41,373 nt of DNA. Source: a virus. Taxonomy: Duplodnaviria > Caudoviricetes. The stretch is from positions 1 through 41,373 of the IMG/VR virus record IMGVR_UViG_3300005611_000067; one strand, written 5' to 3'. Each line of letters starts with the position of its first letter. The stretch's first letter is position 1. The notes beneath the pieces were generated by a model. The model had not been told where the DNA came from and did no database searches. It saw only the letters and a program-made list of their open reading frames with translations. Made by a program: the position numbers and the translations under genes. Positions 17,960 to 28,600 of this stretch are shown piece after piece.

Positions 17960-20900
17960 ATGATTGATCCAAGAATGATTCGACCAGAGGCAGTACCACC
18001 TAATACCGATATTGTCACACCGTCTCCACAATACTATGGACAGGGGCAGGTTGTTGGAGGGCAAATCCAACTTGGAGATGTCTATGGTCGTCTTCCCAGT
18101 CAATCACAAGAAGAATACATGTATGGTAATCTGGCTAATATTGCAAATGCTGCAATGGGACTGGCACAAATACCGGGTCAACTAGAGCAGGCACAAAGAC
18201 AAAGAGACCAAAGACACGATCAAGATGCAATCAATGCATACCAAGTCGAGTTGAATAAAGTTGAGCAAGCCTCCCTCAATGGAGAATCACTTTACAACTA
18301 CAACAACAATGAATATCCTATCAACAGACCAGAAGGAAAGTCTCAGTTGGAACTGGATATTCAAGAAAGAATGCTTGGTAATCTTATCACATCTGGTGGG
18401 AAAGCAGAAGCATCTAGATTGAAAACGTCAATCTTAGCACAAAGAAATCAAAATGTTGATGGCAGATTAAATGAACTTTTCCTTGAGTATCAAAAAGAAG
18501 TAGATAGATTTAATAGAGATAATCCTTTATTGAATCCTGCTGCAATGGATATAGCGTTTAGATCCGATCCAAAAATAAACGATTTGGTCACACAAATAAA
18601 TTCATATCGTGACACAAAATCTACAGCAATGGAACAGATTCAACTAGGTATATTTAAAAACAACTCTTCTTACTCTAGGGGTGCTAATAGTTATCTATTA
18701 GAACAGGCTACCAAAGGATGGAAAGATTCAATGTCAACTGTGGTTGATGTTCTTCCTGAGTTTGTAGCCTTATCAACAAATGGAGACATAAACACAATCT
18801 TCCCAAGTTTTCAACAATTGGTTGGAGATATGCCAAATGCCGATCAGTTTTTTCAAGCAATTGGTTTTGCAGATGGAGATATTGTAAATGGCTCTATTAT
18901 TGACAGCATAGTAGATAACCCTACGGCTAACAATTTGAACAGATTGGTGCAAGCCATAGCAGATCATTCATTACAATTTGTGCCAAACTTAACTCCTGAA
19001 GAAAGAGAAAGCCAAATTCGTGCCTTCGTAAGTTCAGTTGAAGGGCCTATTGTAAAAATTGCTAGTAAAGAGACAGAAAGAAGACTACAACAAGAAAGAT
19101 ATGCAACAGTATTGGGTAGAAGTATGGAATTAAATGAGTATGCTAGCAATCCAGAAGGAGCAAAATATATTCCACCAACGGAGTTGTATATAGGAACAAC
19201 AGAAAAAGATGCTGTTGATGGAATGAGAGGTTTATTGACAAGACCACCAGAAAACGAATACAAACCTCTTCCTTTTGTAATATCCCTAACATCAGCATAT
19301 TGGGATGACAATCTAGGATACAGAGGAATGCCTTTATCTTCCAGTCAAGTTAGAGTAGCAGAGTTGCACTTCCAGACAAGCAAAGAAAACTTGGTAGAGA
19401 GGGGATTATATACTGAAGAAAACGGAATATATTTCCTTACAGAAAAAGGCATGTCTTATCAGCAATCAAAGAAAAATGAGATGCTTTCTACAGTAGTCCA
19501 ATCAAGAGAGTATCAAACCATTTATCAAAATACTTTGAGTAATCTAATTGGAGATACTCATATATTAGCCTCTGCTAATGTGGACCAAGCAGCAGATAGA
19601 ATCAATGCATCGCTTATTAGAATAACAAGAGAATTATTCCCATTTGATCAGAGTGTATCCGATGCTGATATTGTTGATACACTTGGACTTGGTGATCAAA
19701 TAAAACTGCCTTCTCAAAAAGTGTTGGGAATTATGGGAGATTCTTCTTCTACAATCCAAACCAAAGTCAGAGCAGTGCTTAGTGCGTTTGACAACAGGCA
19801 GGCAAATTCTGGAGCATCAAGAGATGTAATAAATAGATGGATAAACACAGAAGATCCGCTTAAAAACCCCATGATGAGATACGAAGCATTAGATTTTCTA
19901 AAAAGATATAAAGAAAATCCAGATAGCCTTGATGATTTTCTAGGGGACTTATTACGATCAGGTCACAATGAAGCATCAGCCACAAAACTATATCAAACAG
20001 CCTTAGACATTGAGTATAGAACACAAACAGGAAACATGTTTACAAAACAATTGGTTGGTTGGGGGCTTGTCAGTCCCAATATAACCATATCATCAGAAGA
20101 GTTATTTAATTTTGATAAATCATCTATTGCAGATGTGAGAAATTTGTGGGAAGATCCTAATTTATTCAATAAGGAAGCAGGACAACTAACTCAAAAGGGA
20201 GCCGTAGCATGGGCATACCTTAGCAATGATTTGATTTATGGTCCCACAGTAGATGAGAATAAAATTAATAGAATGGAAAGTTTCCTAATTTCTGTAGCAG
20301 ATGCTGAAAGGAGTTTCGGAGACGAACCAGATATGATAGGTACTCCACTTACATTTCTAACTGCATTTATTGGAGTTGGAGAAATGGTTGCCAATGAGGG
20401 AATATCTCTAAGAGATAATGCAGCATTTCAACTCAATCTATCAGATACCATGATTGGTCGTCCTGCTTCATCTAATATTGTTGACCTAACATATGACCCA
20501 TCTGTAAGATATCAAGATAGATTTACAAGGATATTCAATAACCCAAATGAAAAAACTGACAACATATCACTAGCATTTTCTTTGAATGTCGCTAAACAAC
20601 TAAGAGCATTAAAAAATGTTTCTCCAGAGGATAAAAAAAGAATTCTTAGAGAAACATCGTTTGGTTTTACAACTCGCTTTGCTATAGCAGGCGATGATAA
20701 AGCAAGTCTAAATAACATAAGAAATTCAAATTTTACCAGTGCTATGCCTGAAATTAGGCCCAATGGAAATGATTTAAATGCAATGGAAGCAGCGAGATTA
20801 TATAGGTCTTCGCTACAAGATCGTGATGACTTAAACATAGAAACACCACTAGGTCTTCTTGTTTCAATAACAAATACAAGGGCACCGCGATCTGAGCAAA

Positions 20901-22978
20901 TAGTTATCAATGATGACAACAGAGGACAATTGTCTTTAGATACTACAATAGGAATGCTGAACTTACTTAAAAGAGCAAACCACAACATTACTATTCGAGT
21001 TCCAGAAGGAGTTGCTGATGCTTGGAATGCATCGTCTTTAAATGAATCAGATACAATTCTTCCGGGTACAGTAATACCATTATGGGCAAATGATCCAAAT
21101 GTTATATCATTAAATAAAATATTGCAATCATATCGTAATCCAGAAAACCAAAGCAGACTTGCGGAATTCGGTAGTAATGGGTCTGATCAAGATCAACTAG
21201 AGATGATGAAAATTTTATTGGATAACTTTGATGCCTTTGCGTCAGAAACTACACCGGGACGTTCAGATAATTTTGCATTTACATTAGGGTTCTTAGCATA
21301 TGCTAACGAACAAGGATATATACCCCCAGAACAAGGTCTATCTTATAGCGATAGATTTGAAAAAATTGCAGATGAATTCCTTTTGTCAAATGTCACAAGA
21401 CCAGTGGGTCCATATTGGTCCTATCGCTCAACAAACATGAGAGGTGGATTCGATCAAACAAAATCTTTAAATGTGCCGCCGCCATATTTAAATAAAAATG
21501 GAAGACCATCATGGAACTTCCCCAATAATCTTTTACAAGACTCAAATGGAAAACATGTTTTTGCAAATGATAAACACCAAATAGCAGGATTGTTTTTCAA
21601 CTCTAGACCAAAACTTTCCTTCAATCCTGAACAATATTCAAAAAATAGATTAGAGTTTATTAAAACTGGAATTCCCGGTTTTGGAGCAACATGGAATCAA
21701 CTATCTGACAAAACCAAAGACACAATACAGACGCTTGCGTTTTCAGATATTACATTAATAGATTTCATGAGAGGAGCATCATACTTGGCAAACAAAGAAG
21801 TACCATCATTTGCCAATCCTAGATATCCAGATTTTACATACAATTCTGGCAACTTGGAAGATAATGATCTAAGAAGAGCATTTGATCAGGGAGGATGGGG
21901 ATTAGTAGAAATACCTAGAGATCCGTATGGATTTCAAAGAAATAATGAGGGTGCGTTTATCATAAGGAATAATGGAAGTAATCAAGAACTACCGCTTTCT
22001 GGAGATCTTATGGCATTTATTGATTTAAGATCAGTTGCTAATTCAATTGTAAATCCTCGTACGCCAAAAGAAATGAGAGATTTAGAAAGAGTGGCTATTG
22101 GTATGGGAGGACTTTATGGTGCGCTTACTTATCAAACAGCCCCAATATTTAACGGTAGAAAAGAAGTTAAACCAATAGATCCCAAAAGACGAACCGCAGA
22201 TCTTCCTAAAAATGTAATAAAAGTAATAGAAGAAAAACTAGGAGAGGATTACTTACCAAGCGAAGAATCCAGTGGTGGTGGCTTTTTTGATGGGGAAAAA
22301 ACAATACCATTAAGTTCTAATACTGCATCAGGAGGTTCGCTTGGTACTTTGGGATCGGCTGCTGCTATGCTCTCTCAAACAACAATGGCTTTGCCACCAC
22401 AAAGAGATGTAGCAAAATTAATTATTGGTGAGGAAGGTTTTATATCAAAGCCAAGAAAGGCAACTAAAACTGAGCAATACTTAACAGTTGGTCATGGACA
22501 CAGATTAGATGGTAGTAGTAGAAGTAGGGCTGCCTTTAAAAAAGCCCTTCCAGATAAGAACTACGATGAGTTTATGAAAGGCAAGGGATCAATAACCAAG
22601 GAAGAAGCCCTTAGGTTGTTTGAAACAGATGTGCCAGACTATATAAAACGAGCCAGAGAGTTCACAAACCACGAATATATCTACAATAAAAAAACACAGC
22701 AAAGACCAAAGGGTGGAAAACTAGGTGGATTAACCTTTGACGATCACTCTGATGAACTTCAAAAATACATTATCTCTGCTACATTTAGGGGTAGTTGGGG
22801 CAAGTCACCTAAAACCAGAAGACTGCTTTCTGAAGGCAAGTATGAAGAAGCAGCAAAAGAATTCCTAAACAATGATGAGTATCGAACAGCGGTTGAGGAT
22901 GGTCGAAGAGGTATTCGGAAAAGAATGGAAGATGTTGCTAAGGCAATTCGAGACGAAGCCAAGAGGAAACGATCATGA
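17960..22978 (+). CDS. Large internal virion protein with a C-terminal lysozyme (GH24/T4-lysozyme-like) domain
   Basis: Helical body. The C-terminal LIIGEEGF...YLTVGHGHRL...ITKEEALRLFETD...YEEAAKEFLNN segment is a muramidase pattern. Confidence 0.8.
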   Translation: MIDPRMIRPEAVPPNTDIVTPSPQYYGQGQVVGGQIQLGDVYGRLPSQSQEEYMYGNLANIANAAMGLAQIPGQLEQAQRQRDQRHDQDAINAYQVELNKVEQASLNGESLYNYNNNEYPINRPEGKSQLELDIQERMLGNLITSGGKAEASRLKTSILAQRNQNVDGRLNELFLEYQKEVDRFNRDNPLLNPAAMDIAFRSDPKINDLVTQINSYRDTKSTAMEQIQLGIFKNNSSYSRGANSYLLEQATKGWKDSMSTVVDVLPEFVALSTNGDINTIFPSFQQLVGDMPNADQFFQAIGFADGDIVNGSIIDSIVDNPTANNLNRLVQAIADHSLQFVPNLTPEERESQIRAFVSSVEGPIVKIASKETERRLQQERYATVLGRSMELNEYASNPEGAKYIPPTELYIGTTEKDAVDGMRGLLTRPPENEYKPLPFVISLTSAYWDDNLGYRGMPLSSSQVRVAELHFQTSKENLVERGLYTEENGIYFLTEKGMSYQQSKKNEMLSTVVQSREYQTIYQNTLSNLIGDTHILASANVDQAADRINASLIRITRELFPFDQSVSDADIVDTLGLGDQIKLPSQKVLGIMGDSSSTIQTKVRAVLSAFDNRQANSGASRDVINRWINTEDPLKNPMMRYEALDFLKRYKENPDSLDDFLGDLLRSGHNEASATKLYQTALDIEYRTQTGNMFTKQLVGWGLVSPNITISSEELFNFDKSSIADVRNLWEDPNLFNKEAGQLTQKGAVAWAYLSNDLIYGPTVDENKINRMESFLISVADAERSFGDEPDMIGTPLTFLTAFIGVGEMVANEGISLRDNAAFQLNLSDTMIGRPASSNIVDLTYDPSVRYQDRFTRIFNNPNEKTDNISLAFSLNVAKQLRALKNVSPEDKKRILRETSFGFTTRFAIAGDDKASLNNIRNSNFTSAMPEIRPNGNDLNAMEAARLYRSSLQDRDDLNIETPLGLLVSITNTRAPRSEQIVINDDNRGQLSLDTTIGMLNLLKRANHNITIRVPEGVADAWNASSLNESDTILPGTVIPLWANDPNVISLNKILQSYRNPENQSRLAEFGSNGSDQDQLEMMKILLDNFDAFASETTPGRSDNFAFTLGFLAYANEQGYIPPEQGLSYSDRFEKIADEFLLSNVTRPVGPYWSYRSTNMRGGFDQTKSLNVPPPYLNKNGRPSWNFPNNLLQDSNGKHVFANDKHQIAGLFFNSRPKLSFNPEQYSKNRLEFIKTGIPGFGATWNQLSDKTKDTIQTLAFSDITLIDFMRGASYLANKEVPSFANPRYPDFTYNSGNLEDNDLRRAFDQGGWGLVEIPRDPYGFQRNNEGAFIIRNNGSNQELPLSGDLMAFIDLRSVANSIVNPRTPKEMRDLERVAIGMGGLYGALTYQTAPIFNGRKEVKPIDPKRRTADLPKNVIKVIEEKLGEDYLPSEESSGGGFFDGEKTIPLSSNTASGGSLGTLGSAAAMLSQTTMALPPQRDVAKLIIGEEGFISKPRKATKTEQYLTVGHGHRLDGSSRSRAAFKKALPDKNYDEFMKGKGSITKEEALRLFETDVPDYIKRAREFTNHEYIYNKKTQQRPKGGKLGGLTFDDHSDELQKYIISATFRGSWGKSPKTRRLLSEGKYEEAAKEFLNNDEYRTAVEDGRRGIRKRMEDVAKAIRDEAKRKRS

Positions 22979-25626
22979 GTTTATATGACTGGTGGAAAAT
23001 GAAGAACGAGCCATCTGAGCAAGAAAGGCTTAGGCAGGAAAAAAACCAAAGAATATACGATATGATGGCTGGATCCATAGCAGAAGAAACAGATGAGAAT
23101 ATGGAAGAGTTTAATAAATTTGTTTCAGACCTTGTTGTTTATACTAGTTTTTATGAAAGCGTAGATCCCAGTATGGTTCAAAGATCTCAATTAGAACAAG
23201 AGATGAAAGAACAACAAGCCCAGTCAAGACAAGAATCATATGATTTTATAAACAAAATGTTAGACAATTCTGGTGGATTAACAGAAAACCAAAAGAAACT
23301 ACGCAAAGACCTTGGTCCACTGGCTCCTGTTATTGGTTTCGATTTAGAGACGGGAAACCTTGTTTCTAGAGATATTGATCCGCAGCAAGCGTTTGATCAA
23401 GCATCCTACGGAAGACTCAACCAACTTGCTTTATCTGCTGTTGAAACCCCATCTATCTATAGAACTACTAGATTATACACAATAGGAGAACAATACTTTG
23501 GAACTCTTGAGAGAGAGAACCCAGAGTTGTTTCCTCGCTTAACCCCAGAAGAAGAAGCATTTAGAAAACGATCAACTGCCTATGATTCAACTTGGGCAAA
23601 GATCCTTGACTACATTCCTTTTGTCGATAATAGACGAGAGGGAATGGAAGATGTAGATACAAACTTCTTTTTATTTGAAAATATTAGAGCCTTGTTTGGC
23701 GAAGAGGGGATCCTTCCAACTCAAGTATTTGGGGAGCAAAAACAAGAAGGATGGGATGCTAAAAAGGCTTGGGAACTCATGCAAGAATACCACCCAGACT
23801 ACTCTTCATATCTAGTAAATGTTGCTGGAGTAAATGTAGAACAATTGTTAAGGACACCAAACCATTGGGAGTTTAGATACGCTATCAATGAAGCCGTGGA
23901 TATGTCCCACATCCAAGCAATACTTTCATCTAGAGCAAGAGATCAAAACTGGGTTGAGAATAAATTAGATTTTGCAAAACAGTTCATCATTCAGAGTTTT
24001 AGATCTGCCGACATGCCTGTAGAACTTGCCCTTACCCTAGCATCAGCAGGCGGCTACGCAGGCGTAGGAGCCGTTACAACACTAGTCAGAGCAAACAAAG
24101 CAAGATCTTTAAGCAGAGGAGTATACAGTGCTGCTAGGATGGCTGACAATGCCAGAGATCTAGCCAATGCCACAAAGAAAACAAACTCATTGTTGCAGAA
24201 TCTAAGAACATACCAAGCACTCATGGTCCCAAGTAACTGGGGTTATATTGTAACCAACAGTATCCTATCAAGAAGACTGGCTGTTGAAGGTGTACAATGG
24301 GGATCAGAGGTTACTGCGGGTAAGTTCATGACTTCGGTTTTCACTGACTTTGGGCAAGGTCTTGTAGAAGGTGCCTTGTACAATATACAAAACCAGATTA
24401 CAGACAATATGGAATGGAGCAGTGGAAGACTTTGGGGTGAAATGCTTGAAGAGGGTGTTGGTCAGATAGTATTTGGAAAAGTTTTCAGGGGAATCAACTT
24501 GGGATTGGGACAGGCAATTGAAGGAATAGGTGCTGATCAAATTGGTCCAGCACTTTGGGATAAGGCAACCAGAAAAATAGACCCTGCTCTCAAGCAAATG
24601 ATTGAGTTACAAGCAAACCTCAATGTGAAGGATGTACCAATTGAGGTTATCCAAGAGACGTATTTCAATGCATTCCTTCAACTCCATCAACACTTCGCTT
24701 GGCAGCAGATGACTGGGGATAAGTCAATGCCATTAAGTGTAATACGATTGCAGTCAGCCCTTCAACGACAAGCAGCCAACAAGGGTGTCAACATTGATCT
24801 CAATTCCATAATCAGTTCAGTGTTTGATTCTGTCCCAGAAGGCGTGCAATTGACAACAGAAGAAGCAGCCATTCTTCTGCATACCCATACAGTAGATCGT
24901 CTAAGAGAAAGAAACATTCGTGTTGGTGATGAAGACATGAAGGCTCTACAAAGGGCTATTTCAATTGAGTTCATTATGAGAAATAAACTTGAGGAAAAAG
25001 GCATCTCAGAAACCGACCTTATGAGATTGGCATCAACAGATATAGATGCCTTTAAAGAATTGATTCAAGATACTTATGAAGAGATTAGTGCTGATCCTGA
25101 AGCAATCACAGAAGCAGCAGAAAGAATTACTGAAATATATAAATCAGCAAGAGAAAAGACAAATCTACCAGACTTAAAAATAGATCTTAATAGTTATAAT
25201 GAAAATGCACAAGCCTTGGAGTTCTTGGATATCTTCAGAGATGATGATGGTGTTATTGATACAGAGTTGGCTAAAGAAGGCATTACCATGGTTGAAAATC
25301 TAAATGCCAACATACACAAAAATACATTAAGTATTGTAAGAAGATTGATAGAAGAAAGGGAAGCAACACAAGCGACTAGACCTGCTCCTGAGGCTGCTCC
25401 TGAGGCTGCTCCTGAGGCTGCTCCTGAGACTGCTCCTGAGACTCCTAAACCACCAGCAAGTGAACAAGCCGAGGGTACGCCTACATTACCCTTAGAACAA
25501 ATCACAACACCTGTAGATGAAGGTGTTTCGGAAACAGATACCCCACCAATTGATCTAACTAAAACAGAACCTCAATCTGACTTTGATCAGTTTATTGCTG
25601 ATGCAAGAAAACGAACGGATTGTTAA
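22975..25626 (+). CDS. Internal virion protein (883 aa)
   Basis: Helical with Gly/Ala-rich amphipathic segments and a Pro/Ala/Glu linker near the C-terminus. ATGA-coupled to the upstream gene. Confidence 0.65.
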   Translation: MSLYDWWKMKNEPSEQERLRQEKNQRIYDMMAGSIAEETDENMEEFNKFVSDLVVYTSFYESVDPSMVQRSQLEQEMKEQQAQSRQESYDFINKMLDNSGGLTENQKKLRKDLGPLAPVIGFDLETGNLVSRDIDPQQAFDQASYGRLNQLALSAVETPSIYRTTRLYTIGEQYFGTLERENPELFPRLTPEEEAFRKRSTAYDSTWAKILDYIPFVDNRREGMEDVDTNFFLFENIRALFGEEGILPTQVFGEQKQEGWDAKKAWELMQEYHPDYSSYLVNVAGVNVEQLLRTPNHWEFRYAINEAVDMSHIQAILSSRARDQNWVENKLDFAKQFIIQSFRSADMPVELALTLASAGGYAGVGAVTTLVRANKARSLSRGVYSAARMADNARDLANATKKTNSLLQNLRTYQALMVPSNWGYIVTNSILSRRLAVEGVQWGSEVTAGKFMTSVFTDFGQGLVEGALYNIQNQITDNMEWSSGRLWGEMLEEGVGQIVFGKVFRGINLGLGQAIEGIGADQIGPALWDKATRKIDPALKQMIELQANLNVKDVPIEVIQETYFNAFLQLHQHFAWQQMTGDKSMPLSVIRLQSALQRQAANKGVNIDLNSIISSVFDSVPEGVQLTTEEAAILLHTHTVDRLRERNIRVGDEDMKALQRAISIEFIMRNKLEEKGISETDLMRLASTDIDAFKELIQDTYEEISADPEAITEAAERITEIYKSAREKTNLPDLKIDLNSYNENAQALEFLDIFRDDDGVIDTELAKEGITMVENLNANIHKNTLSIVRRLIEEREATQATRPAPEAAPEAAPEAAPETAPETPKPPASEQAEGTPTLPLEQITTPVDEGVSETDTPPIDLTKTEPQSDFDQFIADARKRTDC
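25382..25446 (+). repeat. 12-bp tandem repeat (CTGCTCCTGAGR, about 5 copies) encoding APEA/APET
   Basis: cctgctcctgaggctgctcctgaggctgctcctgaggctgctcctgagactgctcctgagactcct read directly. Confidence 0.95.
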
Positions 25627-25638
25627 CAAGGAGATAGT

Positions 25639-28600
25639 ATGGACCCATGCTCACCAGAACTTATACAAAAAATTCTTGATGAAAGACGCACTCAACTAGA
25701 AGGCAGAGGATTGAATGCAAATCAAATTGCAGCAGACCTTGCCCATGTGGAGGCAGCACTTAGCGATCCTGCTGGATATGCTAGATTGGTGCAACCCAAA
25801 GGGCTGAATGCAGATGAGCAACGAGAATTGGATGGACTGATTGAAAAGGCAAGACGAGGCTTTGATGCCGGTATACCAAGAATTTCTAGTATTCTTTCAC
25901 AAGGTGAGACTGAAAGACTTAGAGTGTTGGTCTATAAGAAATCAAACAGAGGGGGTCCACAACCAAAAATAACTAGGTTTGAAACAGCAGAGAGCATGAT
26001 CCAACGATATCGTGATTCTGGAGATGAGGTAAAGGCAAACCGTTTAGCAACTCTTCTTAGAAAAGCAAGAGAAAGAGCCGAGGCAAATAACAGACGAGGG
26101 CAAGACAATGCTAAACTTAATGAACTAGAGTTGAAATTGGATGATCTAAATCAAGATATCGACACAATTGTAATGCTTCTAAATCAAAACAAGCCTAAAG
26201 CAATCAACGAAAACAGACTAGAGTTGGTTAAGTTAGGCAAAAGATTACAAAGAATCAATAATAAAATTGACTCTGAAAAAAATTCTAAACGAAAGGGAGC
26301 ATTAAAGAAGCAAGCGTCAGAGATTGTAAAGAAAATAAAAGAACTGGAAAAGAAGTCTAATAAAGTAGTAGAGCAATTTAAACAAAGAAACCCATCAGAA
26401 AGAAAAGCATTGGCAGAATTGATCAAACAAAAGCGAGATCTTATTGATCAGTTGTCAAAAGACTTTGGTATCTACCGAGGAGTTTCCTTGGACTCATTCA
26501 TTGACAGTGTTCCACAAACTCTAGCAAGCATAGCCAAAGACATAGAAGAAATGAAGAGAGACATTTCATTCAGGGAAGATGTCATTGAAGAAATGTTCAA
26601 GGAAAGTAATACAATTGAATCAGCCTTGCTTGCTAAAGTATTGGGTGAGAATTTTGTAATGCAACGGGTGGACAAAAACAAGCCGCTTACCAGAAAAAAG
26701 GTCAATGAGTTGTTCAAAGAGTGGAAGAGCCTTTCCTTTGAGTATGCAGGATCTAGAGAAAAATTCATTGCGGATACTGATTTTGCAGATGAGGAATCCC
26801 TTGATGAACTTGCTTCATCACTGAATGATCCAACAATAGAGGGGATCATTGACGAAACAGATGGACAGATGCTACTGATACCTGACAAGTCACTGGCAGA
26901 AAGCATAAGAGATTCTACACCGGGCAAGATCCCAAGCAAGAATGTCCTTGGAGAAAAAGACGGAGAGGTTCTCTATCGAGCATTAAAGTCATTGCTATCT
27001 CGAATGGAAACATATCGAAGACTGCCCCAATTTGGAAGGTTTGTCGATATAGCATTTATTGCCAAGATCATCAGCCAAATCCCAAAGATTGATGACGTAG
27101 ATGCTACTATATTGTTTAAGAAGGCAATTCAGTGGAGAGATTCGGATACCAGTGCTGGAGACATGTCATATGATGAGATTCTCAGTATAACAAAAACTCT
27201 GCTAAAAGAACTAGGATTGGATGAAGATGTGCTATCATCCCCAGAGTTTACCGATCCAGTAAACTGGAAGAAGAACACAAAAGTCTTTTCATTGGGTCTT
27301 GAAACATATTTGGATGGTGATAAAAACATCCACACCGTCATCTTTACAGAAGAGGGCAGGGAGAAAGATCCTAGTTCTGTTCGATCAAGTGCAGATGGTG
27401 TGGCATTTACCAGCGAAGAGTTGATGGATCTATTGGTTGAGATTGAATCAAAACAAAACCAAGGCATGGCTTTGGTAACATATAACGGCAACGCATTTGA
27501 TCTATATGCCATTGCTCAAAAGATTGGAACACGAGAAGCAACCGAAATGGCATCTAGGATCATGCTTCGTAGTTTCGATATATTCCAAAACATGAGGGCA
27601 TTCCGAAGCACAACGGAGAACTCAACAAATGCCACTAGCCAGATGTATAAGTTGGGCAATGTGGCATCAGCAGTAGGTGTATCTGAGTTTAAGACAGAAG
27701 ATAACTACATGCCTCCATTGTTGAAGAAAAGATCTCTTGATCAGACAGTAACCATTGAAGATCTTTCTGCAATACCAGATGAAGTATTGTCCGCAGAAGA
27801 AAAGGAAATAATTGTCGAGGACATCAACAAAGTAACTTCTGATCAGGCAAGACAAAGACTGGAAACATATTCACTGGCTGATGGAGCATTAAACATTCAA
27901 GTGTTCAGGGCCATGCAGGAAAGAAACGGTGCTTCTGTCAGAGTCAGACACACCAACAGGAACGTCTATGCTGTAACTATTGAGGAACTAGTGCCTACTT
28001 GGGCATCCGTTACACAACACTCATCTACCTATAATGGCATATCTGAATCTGTTGCACAGTGGACTACAACAGCATTAGGTAGAACAATGGCAACGGCATT
28101 TGATAGTTTCCTTGGACAAGAAGAAAACAACAAAACGGTCATAGATCTTGACAAAGCCCAACCAATTGTAATGGCTCTTATGGCTGCATCCTTAAGATTT
28201 GCGCCAAACACTGAAGCCTTTGGAAGAGTTCTATCTAAGGTTATTAAAGAAGGTCTTACGCCAGAACAACAGGCATACATGACAGCCGTTAAGATTTCCA
28301 AGTTAAATGCGGAGGCTGCTAAGGAAATCAACAAGAGTACTTATCTAAGCAACGACAGTAGACTTCCAATTGGGATTATAGGAGCAGATAAAAACGGATT
28401 GATTCCGGGCATTGAGTTTGCAGAAGGGAATGAAAAAGACCAAAGGAACCAATACATCAGTGCTGTTGTTGATGGATTCAAGGAACAACTAGGTAGATCC
28501 TATCAGAAAAGACTTGCTGAACTTGCAGAAGCAGAGAACTTCAAGCCGCAAGAATCAACAAACCGAGAAGATGACTACATTATGGAATTCCTCATTGCCA

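Noticed and set aside
25382-25446. Repeats here and at 40700-40738 as a CRISPR array
   Set aside because: Units are 8-12 bp with no unique spacers, and no cas genes are present.
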